Positions 35,727 to 43,342 of a DNA stretch of 64,000 bases are shown one piece after another. The stretch is from a virus, in IMG/VR virus record IMGVR_UViG_3300012952_000020, positions 13,537 to 77,536 of that record; one strand, given 5' to 3'. The position numbers and the translations under genes were made by a program. Each line of letters begins with the position of its first letter. Positions within the stretch are counted from its first letter, which is position 1. The notes under the pieces were generated by a model, which saw nothing but the letters and a program-made list of their open reading frames with translations, did no database searches and had not been told where the DNA came from.

Positions 35727-36368
35727 TCAACGCCTCCGCATATACTCGCCCATCTTGCGGGCGGCTGCGGCACGGCGCATGTCCGTACCCTTGACCTCTA
35801 CCGAGATCATAGACTCCATCGCTATTGCCGCCGCTGACTTGTCGTAGCGATCACGGAATGACTTGGGGTCCAAGTTGGTCGTGATGATGGTGGGCAAAAG
35901 TTCACGGCTCCTTTTCCGAATCATGTTCTCAAAACACAACTCAGCCCAACCGCTGCCTTTACCGCTGTACTCTTTGCCGAGGTCTTCAAGTAGGAGTACG
36001 TCTACTGATTCTACTCGCTGGACAATCGTTTGGCTCGGGTCGAACCGTTGTCCGTCGATGTAGGCTGACTTCAACACGTCGGACAGTACGCAGTAGCTAC
36101 TGTACCCCTTGTTGGTCAACTCCTTCAAAACCGCCGCTGCTGCGAAGGTCTTACCGACTGAGTTCGCTCCCCAAAGGAACAAACCCCAACCGCCTTCCCA
36201 GTTGGACTGGAAATCGTTGAGGTACAGTCGGATTGCGTCACGATGTACGCCGGGTTGAATACCGTCAAGCGTAGCCTGCCAGTACCTTCTCCCTATGTTC
36301 ATTCGCAACAAGTGTTCCTCGGTGAGTTCACCCCTGCTGCGCCTTACCCTTTGCTTTAGTTCTGCCAC
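35727..36368 (-). CDS. DnaC/IstB-like AAA+ helicase loader
   Basis: GLFLWGANSVGKT, LLLEDLGKE, R.R...PTIITTNL. Confidence 0.9.
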   Translation of the reverse strand: MAELKQRVRRSRGELTEEHLLRMNIGRRYWQATLDGIQPGVHRDAIRLYLNDFQSNWEGGWGLFLWGANSVGKTFAAAAVLKELTNKGYSSYCVLSDVLKSAYIDGQRFDPSQTIVQRVESVDVLLLEDLGKEYSGKGSGWAELCFENMIRKRSRELLPTIITTNLDPKSFRDRYDKSAAAIAMESMISVEVKGTDMRRAAAARKMGEYMRRR

Positions 36369-36861
36369 TGGTCTTCTTCCTTGTCTTTGTCTGTGTCTTC
36401 ACTGGTGTTACTGCTTCCGGTTCCTGCGTCTTGGCTTCTGCCTTCTTACGCGCTGCTGCCTTCTCCTGCTGTTCAGCCTTGGCTGCCGCTGCTGCTGCCT
36501 TCGCTGCTTCCTGTGCGGCTTTCACTTCGGCCATGCTCACGGGCTTGCGATCCTTTTCCAACGGGATCTGCTGGTCCTCGGTGAACTGCACATTCTGGAA
36601 GGGGATTCGATACTTGGTACACATGGCGTTGGCGTACCTGCGTCCGTCAGGTGCCTTGACCCTGTTTCGGTAAAGCTGCCTGCGGGAACCACGGCTGTCG
36701 GGTGCTGAAAGGATACGAATATCCCAATGCGTTCCATCCCCCATGCTGATCTGCATAGCCCGATGACGCTTCAATGCCTGATCGCTGATACGCTTTCCGT
36801 AGAACTGACCGATGCGTTCCTTCTTCCAGCGTCGGCGCTCCTCCAATGTCTTCTCATCCAT
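36328..36861 (-). CDS. hypothetical protein with Ala/Lys-rich C-terminus
   Basis: 177 aa, AGGAG RBS. Confidence 0.7.
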   Translation of the reverse strand: MDEKTLEERRRWKKERIGQFYGKRISDQALKRHRAMQISMGDGTHWDIRILSAPDSRGSRRQLYRNRVKAPDGRRYANAMCTKYRIPFQNVQFTEDQQIPLEKDRKPVSMAEVKAAQEAAKAAAAAAKAEQQEKAAARKKAEAKTQEPEAVTPVKTQTKTRKKTSGRTKAKGKAQQG

Positions 36862-36888
36862 TATCTTCTCCTTGGTTTGTCAAGATGT

Positions 36889-37914
36889 TTACCAGCCGAT
36901 CTCGCTGCCGTCCTCACGAGAAGTCGACTCATCAAACTGTGTTCCTGCGCCCTTCTTCTTACCCTTCCCGTCGAGCACCATCGGGAAGATTGAGTTCCTA
37001 TATCCCCAGAACAGGGGCATCGACGGATAGCCGTTCACATTCAGGCGACCTGAATAGTCCGTCCAACCACCTATTGCTTCCTTTATCACACGAGCGACGT
37101 TGGAAGCACCATAATGAGAGATCAAGTCCTTGGCGTGCTTACGATCCCTACTGGTAAACTTGGGTGGTGGGGTCTTCCATCCGGTTTCCTTCCACGCTAT
37201 GCCGAGAACCAGCTCCATGTCGTTGCAGTTGTACTGGCGAGGATCTTTCTCCAAGAAACTGCGTACCCTCTTTGCCGCTGTGGGAGAAGTCCTCGCCTTC
37301 TTCCTTCCTTTTGACTGGGCGGAAGCGACACTCATCGCCTGCTCAATGGTACGCGACAGCGTGCCAGTGTTGTTCTTTGGTTGTTGTACTATTCGTGTAC
37401 TTCTACTGGGTGATACTTGGGTAGCCTGAGTAGGTAAATCCGGGGTAGTCTCCTCGGTAACACTTACCTCCGGGGCATCCAGCAGTTCGATTTCCTGTGG
37501 GACCGCTTTCGCCACTGGCTTCTCGTCGGGGTGACTTGGGAGGGTTGCCACCTCTTTCAGCCGACTGAACAACGGAGAAAAGTCGTACTCATTGGAACGA
37601 CCTTGACGGCTTCGGGTCTTCAAGAGTCCCTTGTTCCGCAGTGAACGAATGTACGTTCTGATCGTCTTCTCACTCTTGCCGCTGTAGCGACAAAGCGTAG
37701 CGACCTTGGGGAAGGGTACTGAACCGTTCCACGCATAGTCGAGAACATGAAGGATCAACATCGCCTCTTCCATGCTGATTCCCAGCCTCACGTAGTGCTG
37801 GAGGAACGCACGCGAAACTGCCGTGAATCCCTTATCTGTCGTGCCTCCCCAATCAAGCATCACCATCTCCTTCGGACTCCAAGTCCTCGATGGTTGCCGA
37901 TCCCTCGGACTCAC
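36889..37914 (-). CDS. replication initiator protein (N-terminal winged HTH)
   Basis: F..V....L..Y..LG....E..L...PFP...TL...GKSEKTI..YI.SL..KGL; upstream of loader and helicase. Start may be ~37866. Confidence 0.75.
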   Translation of the reverse strand: MSPRDRQPSRTWSPKEMVMLDWGGTTDKGFTAVSRAFLQHYVRLGISMEEAMLILHVLDYAWNGSVPFPKVATLCRYSGKSEKTIRTYIRSLRNKGLLKTRSRQGRSNEYDFSPLFSRLKEVATLPSHPDEKPVAKAVPQEIELLDAPEVSVTEETTPDLPTQATQVSPSRSTRIVQQPKNNTGTLSRTIEQAMSVASAQSKGRKKARTSPTAAKRVRSFLEKDPRQYNCNDMELVLGIAWKETGWKTPPPKFTSRDRKHAKDLISHYGASNVARVIKEAIGGWTDYSGRLNVNGYPSMPLFWGYRNSIFPMVLDGKGKKKGAGTQFDESTSREDGSEIGW

Positions 37915-38077
37915 CCTTTACGATTGCGATTGCCTTCTGAACGTCAAAACCGTTCTCCGTGACCCATCGGCACTGCAAACCCCATGTGAACAGAGTTTGA
38001 AGCACTGTCAAAGCCAAAGAGCGACCGGCTTCCGAGTCCAGTTCAATGACGAGCCGTTTGTTGTCAACGGATAGCAT
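37853..38077 (-). CDS. hypothetical protein
   Basis: 74 aa, AAGGAG RBS. Confidence 0.6.
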   Translation of the reverse strand: MLSVDNKRLVIELDSEAGRSLALTVLQTLFTWGLQCRWVTENGFDVQKAIAIVKGESEGSATIEDLESEGDGDA

Positions 38078-38199
38078 GACTTACTCCTTTGTCTGGTTGC
38101 TGTGACTGAAAACCGGAATCCTCAAAACGACAGAGGCACCCAAGACGCGCCGAAACGTCGAGGATGCCCCATAGTGGTGCAGAATGACCGGCTATAAGT

Positions 38200-38228
38200 G
38201 TTGTATCATGCACGGGCGCACATGTCAA
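38200..38228 (-). promoter_or_regulatory. sigma70-type promoter for the replication operon
   Basis: TTGACA-17 bp-TACAAC. Confidence 0.65.
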
Positions 38229-38261
38229 GTAACTTTTACCAGTCAAAGCTACTACCCATTA

Positions 38262-38840
38262 TTACCAGTCTACGAGGGTGTACGTGAAGGTGCTACCGTA
38301 CTTTTCAGCCGACCGCTGACAAAGGGACATGAACACATCAAAGTCGTGGGGGTTCTGGAACACTTGGCAACCGGCACTGTACTTTTCGACCTGCCGACTG
38401 CCTCCTTTGGCTGTAGAAGACCTGTGGATGTTGATGCCGAAGTACCCTTGCGCCACCGCCTCGGGGTCGTGGTCAAGCACCTCATCCTTGTTGTTGTCAC
38501 GCCATACCTTGACACGACCTCCTGTCTGGACAAGAGCCAGATACTTACCCCTGTGCTTGCCGAGTTTGTAGACCCCTCGGTACTGACCGGGACACAGAAT
38601 AGCTGTGCCTTCAACTCGCATGGGGTGTTCAAGCCAATAAAGTCCGGGGTCCGTTGTGATGGGGAACTTGAGATCCTTCCACTCGTCATCCTGCTTGAAG
38701 ACGACATGCATCCAATCGTCAAACGTATTCGCCAACCGAGAGGGTGTACGAACACCGATGATGTTGAGGTTGTAGTCGCCGCGTGTGAACACGGCATGAC
38801 CCCTGCTTCCAAGTTTGTTGAGTATTGCTGGTACGCTCAT
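38262..38840 (-). CDS. putative L,D-transpeptidase-like peptidoglycan enzyme
   Basis: NIIGVR..N.FDD, TTDPG, L.PGQY, GINIH...SAGCQV (H...S.GC catalytic pattern); start 38840. Confidence 0.65.
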   Translation of the reverse strand: MSVPAILNKLGSRGHAVFTRGDYNLNIIGVRTPSRLANTFDDWMHVVFKQDDEWKDLKFPITTDPGLYWLEHPMRVEGTAILCPGQYRGVYKLGKHRGKYLALVQTGGRVKVWRDNNKDEVLDHDPEAVAQGYFGINIHRSSTAKGGSRQVEKYSAGCQVFQNPHDFDVFMSLCQRSAEKYGSTFTYTLVDW

Positions 38841-38871
38841 AATGATCCTCGTATCATATTTACATGGTTTG

Positions 38872-40218
38872 TCAAAAACCGTGGAAGCCTGTCGCCTCCC
38901 TGATCTCGTCAGTACGGTCTTCTCCATATAGAACATTCCCATCCCAGATGATGGTCCCATCCGATATGGGTACGGGGAACATGCTTACGTGCTCCTCTCC
39001 GTCAGGTGTGGTGGTCTTGTCCACAACTCCTAATCCTTGCTGCCAGTTCGATCTCTTACTGGAGCCGGGTACAGCGCCGTCGAGTGCTGTGATGCAGCCG
39101 GGTGACATGGAGTAGATAAACCTGCGACCGTCCTTTGTCTGGATAGTCCTCGACGCCATTTCCACTCTGTGAATGTGACCGAAGACTGTGGAGTGTGACG
39201 CTTCCCTAATAACTGCCTGCGTGGTTGCGCCTGACTTGCCTCGGACCACAACGCCGTGAAGGATATGCACGGTGTCGAACAGCCAGAAGTCCCCTTCGGG
39301 GTAGGGGCCGAGGTACTCAATGTCCAGCGACTCCAAGTCCAGCAGGGCAGGAACCGACAGTGCTGGAAGGTCACGATTCACGGCAGACAAATCCACGGCT
39401 TCCTTGACTGAATCACACATGATCTTCGCCAACCGAGCCTCATGGTTTCCTTCCAAGTAGATGATCCTCGCTGCGGGAGCGGCGAGCCTCAACTGTGACA
39501 GCCACCAGTGCAGTTCCAGCAACGTAGGTCGGGTCGTGAACGACAGATCGGACGTGGTTGTGTACTTGCCGAACGGTGCGAAGTCACACATGTCACCGAG
39601 CATGACAATGTACTGGGGTTGCATACGTTGAGCGACTTGGATTGCCAAGTCCCACGCCTTGCGGTCGTGCAGAGGACGGTACGTGTTGTCTCGCCGATTT
39701 ACACGGTATCCGTTCTGCGAGTCCGGTATGATCAGCGCCCGCTCTACGTCACGCTCGGAGCCACGGCTTGGCTGACGAGGTAGGGGTTTGACAGCCTTGA
39801 CAGGTTCCAGCATGAACGCCGGTATGCGCTCCAGCCAGACCTTGATCTGCCACATAGGAACCTGACCCTCCTTGGTCATGGCATCCCACTTGTTGGCTAC
39901 CCAGTTCTTGATTGCCCACTTGTTACGGTCAACCTTTGCCTCTTTCAGCAACTCATCAAGTGACTGGATTCTGCCTCGATTACTGATGACGGTCTGATCG
40001 CCGTCAGACTTTACGGTGATGTTCTTGCCTGCATCGGACATATCCGACACGTCATCTACAGCGGTAAGATCCGTCGCTTCGTAAGCCTTGACCTTCTCCC
40101 GCTGAATACGTCGATACACGGTCGAGCGGTTGATGCCCAGCATCTCCGTGATCTCCTTTACCGTGTAGCCTTGCTGTTTCAACTCCCATGCGGAAGCTGA
40201 CTTTGAACCTTTCTTCAT
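38872..40218 (-). CDS. N-terminal HTH plus calcineurin-like metallophosphoesterase
   Basis: GYT.KEI...LGI.RSTVYR; IIPDSQ, LGD..D, EGNHE, HG, FGHIHR, WQQG. Confidence 0.88.
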   Translation of the reverse strand: MKKGSKSASAWELKQQGYTVKEITEMLGINRSTVYRRIQREKVKAYEATDLTAVDDVSDMSDAGKNITVKSDGDQTVISNRGRIQSLDELLKEAKVDRNKWAIKNWVANKWDAMTKEGQVPMWQIKVWLERIPAFMLEPVKAVKPLPRQPSRGSERDVERALIIPDSQNGYRVNRRDNTYRPLHDRKAWDLAIQVAQRMQPQYIVMLGDMCDFAPFGKYTTTSDLSFTTRPTLLELHWWLSQLRLAAPAARIIYLEGNHEARLAKIMCDSVKEAVDLSAVNRDLPALSVPALLDLESLDIEYLGPYPEGDFWLFDTVHILHGVVVRGKSGATTQAVIREASHSTVFGHIHRVEMASRTIQTKDGRRFIYSMSPGCITALDGAVPGSSKRSNWQQGLGVVDKTTTPDGEEHVSMFPVPISDGTIIWDGNVLYGEDRTDEIREATGFHGF

Positions 40219-40221
40219 GGG

Positions 40222-40524
40222 TCATCCTGCGTTTACATCTTTGTCAGTGACAATGCCCAATAAGGCATAGCCGCAAATGTCTCGCCAAGGACTTTCCCCG
40301 AAAGCCTCCTTCCTATTTGCAAGGCGAAACAGCTTATCCAACACCCTCACTACTGCGAGCATGTCCTTATACTGGTGGGGTTGGACGCCGTTTGGGTACA
40401 GCGTTTTCAGAACGGTCGCTGCCTGTTGGAACGAGTCTCCGTATGCAGCACGCTTCTCGACTGTTAGCCTTCCGACTTCACATGCTGCCTGTAGTATTGG
40501 GTCGTCGACTGATGGTTCGGTCAC
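40222..40524 (-). CDS. nucleotide-modification-associated helical domain protein (Nmad/DUF1599-like)
   Basis: K...YGDSF....R..DKL.R......ES.W.D..GYALL. Confidence 0.65.
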   Translation of the reverse strand: MTEPSVDDPILQAACEVGRLTVEKRAAYGDSFQQAATVLKTLYPNGVQPHQYKDMLAVVRVLDKLFRLANRKEAFGESPWRDICGYALLGIVTDKDVNAG

Positions 40525-40772
40525 GGGTCACCGCCCTTTCTCAAATCATCAAACGCAGCCTTGAGATCCTCAAGGTCAACCTCGATGGTATTGAACTTGT
40601 GGGAGCAGGAAACGCACTGGCGGGAGCGAACCCTAAAGCCACCGGGGTCCCACCATCCGTAAACTTTACTGGCGACTTGAAGCATCTTCACTGACCACCG
40701 CCATTCCCGGTCGGGGTCGGGAAGACGAGAATCCTTGACCCTCGTAGCTTCTCCGCACTTCGGACATTCCAT
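40521..40772 (-). CDS. NrdR-like zinc-ribbon protein
   Basis: MECPKCG..TRV.DSR....R.RQC.SC..KF.TIE; no ATP-cone domain. Confidence 0.75.
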   Translation of the reverse strand: MECPKCGEATRVKDSRLPDPDREWRWSVKMLQVASKVYGWWDPGGFRVRSRQCVSCSHKFNTIEVDLEDLKAAFDDLRKGGDP

Positions 40773-40932
40773 TATCGCCCCCTTGTGGGGCCGCCGTGAG
40801 AGGAAACTTCTTTTGCAACCAACCAGACAACCATTCAACAGCACGCTGGCGTGCGGCAGACCTGTACCAAAGAGGTACGAGCACTACCGTAACCGCCAAA
40901 GCGAGCACTACTGATTGGTATGAAGTTTCCAT
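40666..40932 (-). CDS. possible small membrane protein
   Basis: N-terminal TM; overlaps the downstream gene by ~100 nt. Confidence 0.4.
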   Translation of the reverse strand: METSYQSVVLALAVTVVLVPLWYRSAARQRAVEWLSGWLQKKFPLTAAPQGGDNGMSEVRRSYEGQGFSSSRPRPGMAVVSEDASSRQ

Positions 40933-40981
40933 TGGTTTGTAAAGTCCTACTTACTCGCCCCGAGTTTATTCACAATACGTT

Positions 40982-41230
40982 TCATTCGCCCTCCTGCTCA
41001 CAACGCAACAGCGCGGCTTGCAAGCCTTGCTCATGTTGGAGTCTCCGTAGCATCCACCCTTTTGAAACGGTGTACGTCCCGTCGGGATTCTCCGTTATCT
41101 CACTACTGTCAACGACGACCACGGACGGGTCTGTGATCAAGTCCGGCCTGTGACAGCAGCCTGTCATGCTTTGCCCAAACAGAAGCAACATCAACAGCGT
41201 TGCCGCTGTTGAGTGCTTTAGCCAAGTCAT
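40982..41230 (-). CDS. lipoprotein, o-spanin (Rz1)-like
   Basis: Signal peptide plus lipobox-like MTGC; overlaps the upstream TM gene in the lysis cassette. Confidence 0.55.
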   Translation of the reverse strand: MTWLKHSTAATLLMLLLFGQSMTGCCHRPDLITDPSVVVVDSSEITENPDGTYTVSKGWMLRRLQHEQGLQAALLRCEQEGE

Positions 41231-41369
41231 TGAGTGCCTTATCATGTCGTTCTCCTGTAACCACCAACGGTGAGGGTTTTCTACCTGACAACCCTGACAG
41301 CCAGTTGATGAGCAACGGGAGCACGGCAGCGAGCAGACCTAAAAGGCCACTTGCTATGTCCGGTGTCAT
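41109..41369 (-). CDS. membrane protein, i-spanin (Rz)-like
   Basis: N-terminal TM, helical soluble part, follows holin and endolysin. Confidence 0.5.
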   Translation of the reverse strand: MTPDIASGLLGLLAAVLPLLINWLSGLSGRKPSPLVVTGERHDKALNDLAKALNSGNAVDVASVWAKHDRLLSQAGLDHRPVRGRR

Positions 41370-41378
41370 GGCGACCTC

Positions 41379-41759
41379 CTACGAAATCACCTTGTCACCA
41401 GTGGCACCCACTCCAGACATGGACGCGATCTCCTCATGGATGATCCGTTCCAAATCGTCTGGAGCCATCTTGGGCCACTGCTTGTCGAGCGTGGAAATAA
41501 CCCAGCCGAGCTTGTCCATGTCCTCGCCCTTGTCCTCCAACTTGAGTTTCTTCGCAGCCAGTTCTTCTGCCGCGCCGATAGCTGCACGCACAGCCTGACG
41601 AATGGCAGCGTCCTTGGTGAGTTCGACCTCAACGCCCAGCTTGGTAGCCAAACGCTTCAATCCCCAAGAGGACAACGCAGTGAGCATAACAGCACAAGCA
41701 GGAATGAGATATTCCAAAGTCCCGTGCCAAACCTGATACCAAAGAGTTGGTTCTTCCAT
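41379..41759 (-). CDS. putative holin
   Basis: N-terminal TM then AV.AAE......G..K....IE-type pattern of LL-H-like holins; adjacent to the endolysin. Confidence 0.65.
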   Translation of the reverse strand: MEEPTLWYQVWHGTLEYLIPACAVMLTALSSWGLKRLATKLGVEVELTKDAAIRQAVRAAIGAAEELAAKKLKLEDKGEDMDKLGWVISTLDKQWPKMAPDDLERIIHEEIASMSGVGATGDKVIS

Positions 41760-41769
41760 TTCTTATCTC

Positions 41770-42417
41770 CTATCTTCCAGTACGCTGGAAGTGCATATCA
41801 TCAGCCGTTCTCCAACGCCCGCCCCATGTCCAACCGGCATCCTCAAAAACGTGCACAAAGTTCATGCTCGTTTCATCTTGACGGAGCCTCGTCCCTTCCT
41901 TCTTACCGTAAGGGTTGAGTTTCCAATCAATGTCGAACGCGATTCCCCAAGAGTGGGTAGACAGAGACTTAGATGGATTCCACATAGTGTGTCGAGGCAC
42001 GTACATACCGATCTTGGCAGGTGTGTACTCCGACAGTCGGCACGCTTCTTCATACAAGCGCACCATTTCATCCGCTACAGCACGGTGGCACGAAATACGT
42101 TGACCAGTGTGCAGCTTTACACGAACGATATTCGCACGAACCCACTTCGGGTCGGGAATGATCCGACCCCCGTGACCCTCGCGCCATTCAAACGCACCGT
42201 AGACCCGAGCAATATCATCCCGCTTACCACTGGGGATGGGACACTCACCTTGGATGGCTTTGTCCACTGCACGGAGAGTGATCGGCCCTGCAAGACCATC
42301 GACCGTAAGCCCGAACTCCTCTTGGATAGCCCGAGCGCCACGTTCGATGATGTACATGTGTTGGGCTGGTGACCAGTCCTCTACTTTCTTTGCGTTGTAG
42401 TCAAACGGTTTTGTCAT
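41770..42417 (-). CDS. endolysin, M15 zinc peptidase with short peptidoglycan-binding segment
   Basis: GL.VDG.AGP.T; R......LS.HSWGIAFDI; WGG.W..D.MHF. Confidence 0.9.
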   Translation of the reverse strand: MTKPFDYNAKKVEDWSPAQHMYIIERGARAIQEEFGLTVDGLAGPITLRAVDKAIQGECPIPSGKRDDIARVYGAFEWREGHGGRIIPDPKWVRANIVRVKLHTGQRISCHRAVADEMVRLYEEACRLSEYTPAKIGMYVPRHTMWNPSKSLSTHSWGIAFDIDWKLNPYGKKEGTRLRQDETSMNFVHVFEDAGWTWGGRWRTADDMHFQRTGR

Positions 42418-42423
42418 GCACGC

Positions 42424-42720
42424 CTACCCTGTCTGCTGCTGGTTCTGCTCCAGAGCACTGACCTGGGTTTCCAGACGGACTACGCGCTCCTTGGAACTGT
42501 TGATCTCCTGCCAAATCTCGGCACGAGACTGACGCGCCCCTTCGTGAAGGGACGCATGCTGGTTCATCATCGTAGCCTGCGCCTCAAGACGAGCCTCAAA
42601 CTTGGCAGTCAAAGTCTCCATCAAGCCCGCAACCTTTTGGATGCGGGTTGACAGAAACCAGACCGCTCCGATGAGCGTGGTGATCATACCACCGATCTGT
42701 GCAATATCCTGCAACTCCAT
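42424..42720 (-). CDS. membrane-anchored coiled-coil protein
   Basis: N-terminal TM plus heptads ending ERVVRLE. Confidence 0.7.
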   Translation of the reverse strand: MELQDIAQIGGMITTLIGAVWFLSTRIQKVAGLMETLTAKFEARLEAQATMMNQHASLHEGARQSRAEIWQEINSSKERVVRLETQVSALEQNQQQTG

Positions 42721-42756
42721 AAGAAGCCTCCTCTGGATTGTCCCAGTAGAGACTCC

Positions 42757-43215
42757 TTACTCGTCACGCATGTTCGACGGAACTCGCTTGGCAGTTACAG
42801 CAACGATCACAGTACCGGGGTCACCATCACCGAGTACAGAAGTAACAGCAATACGCAGGTCACGAGGACGAACGCGCATGATGTCATCCTGTGTTCCGAT
42901 GATGTAAGACGTAGCACCGGTCATGGTAAGACCAGCACTGTCCTTCTCCCAAGGGATCGCAATCCACTCAGCAGTCTCGCCGTCAGCGGCGTAGCCCTTG
43001 ACTTGAAGTTGGAAGCTCGTGGCTTCCATATCAGCATCGCCACCGGAGTTACCACTGATAGTGATGTAGAGCGCACGACGCCGAGGATCGAATCCAAGGT
43101 TAGTCGAGTTGAGCGGTAGCGTGTTTGCTACCTCGGGGGTTGCGCCGTTTTCATCATCATCCCAAAAGGTGTTGAACGTGATGACCTTATGCTTTGTGCC
43201 GTAGTTACGAGCCAT
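42757..43215 (-). CDS. hypothetical (probable virion) protein
   Basis: 152 aa beta-rich; AGGAG RBS. Confidence 0.7.
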   Translation of the reverse strand: MARNYGTKHKVITFNTFWDDDENGATPEVANTLPLNSTNLGFDPRRRALYITISGNSGGDADMEATSFQLQVKGYAADGETAEWIAIPWEKDSAGLTMTGATSYIIGTQDDIMRVRPRDLRIAVTSVLGDGDPGTVIVAVTAKRVPSNMRDE

Positions 43216-43342
43216 TCTCTTCTCTCCTTGCCCTGAATGGGCGACAGTTTACGTCAGTCGGAGGACTGACAACCCGATTCGTAGAATCGGGAGGTTTATA
43301 GGACTATCCTTATCGTTTTCACTTTGTTTGTCAATAACACTT

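Noticed and set aside
36889-37914. Iteron-type origin inside the initiator gene
   Set aside because: No convincing tandem direct repeats found by eye
38085-38190. Third hammerhead ribozyme
   Set aside because: Stems and a GAAAC are present on the plus strand, but there is no CUGANGA core in the right context on either strand
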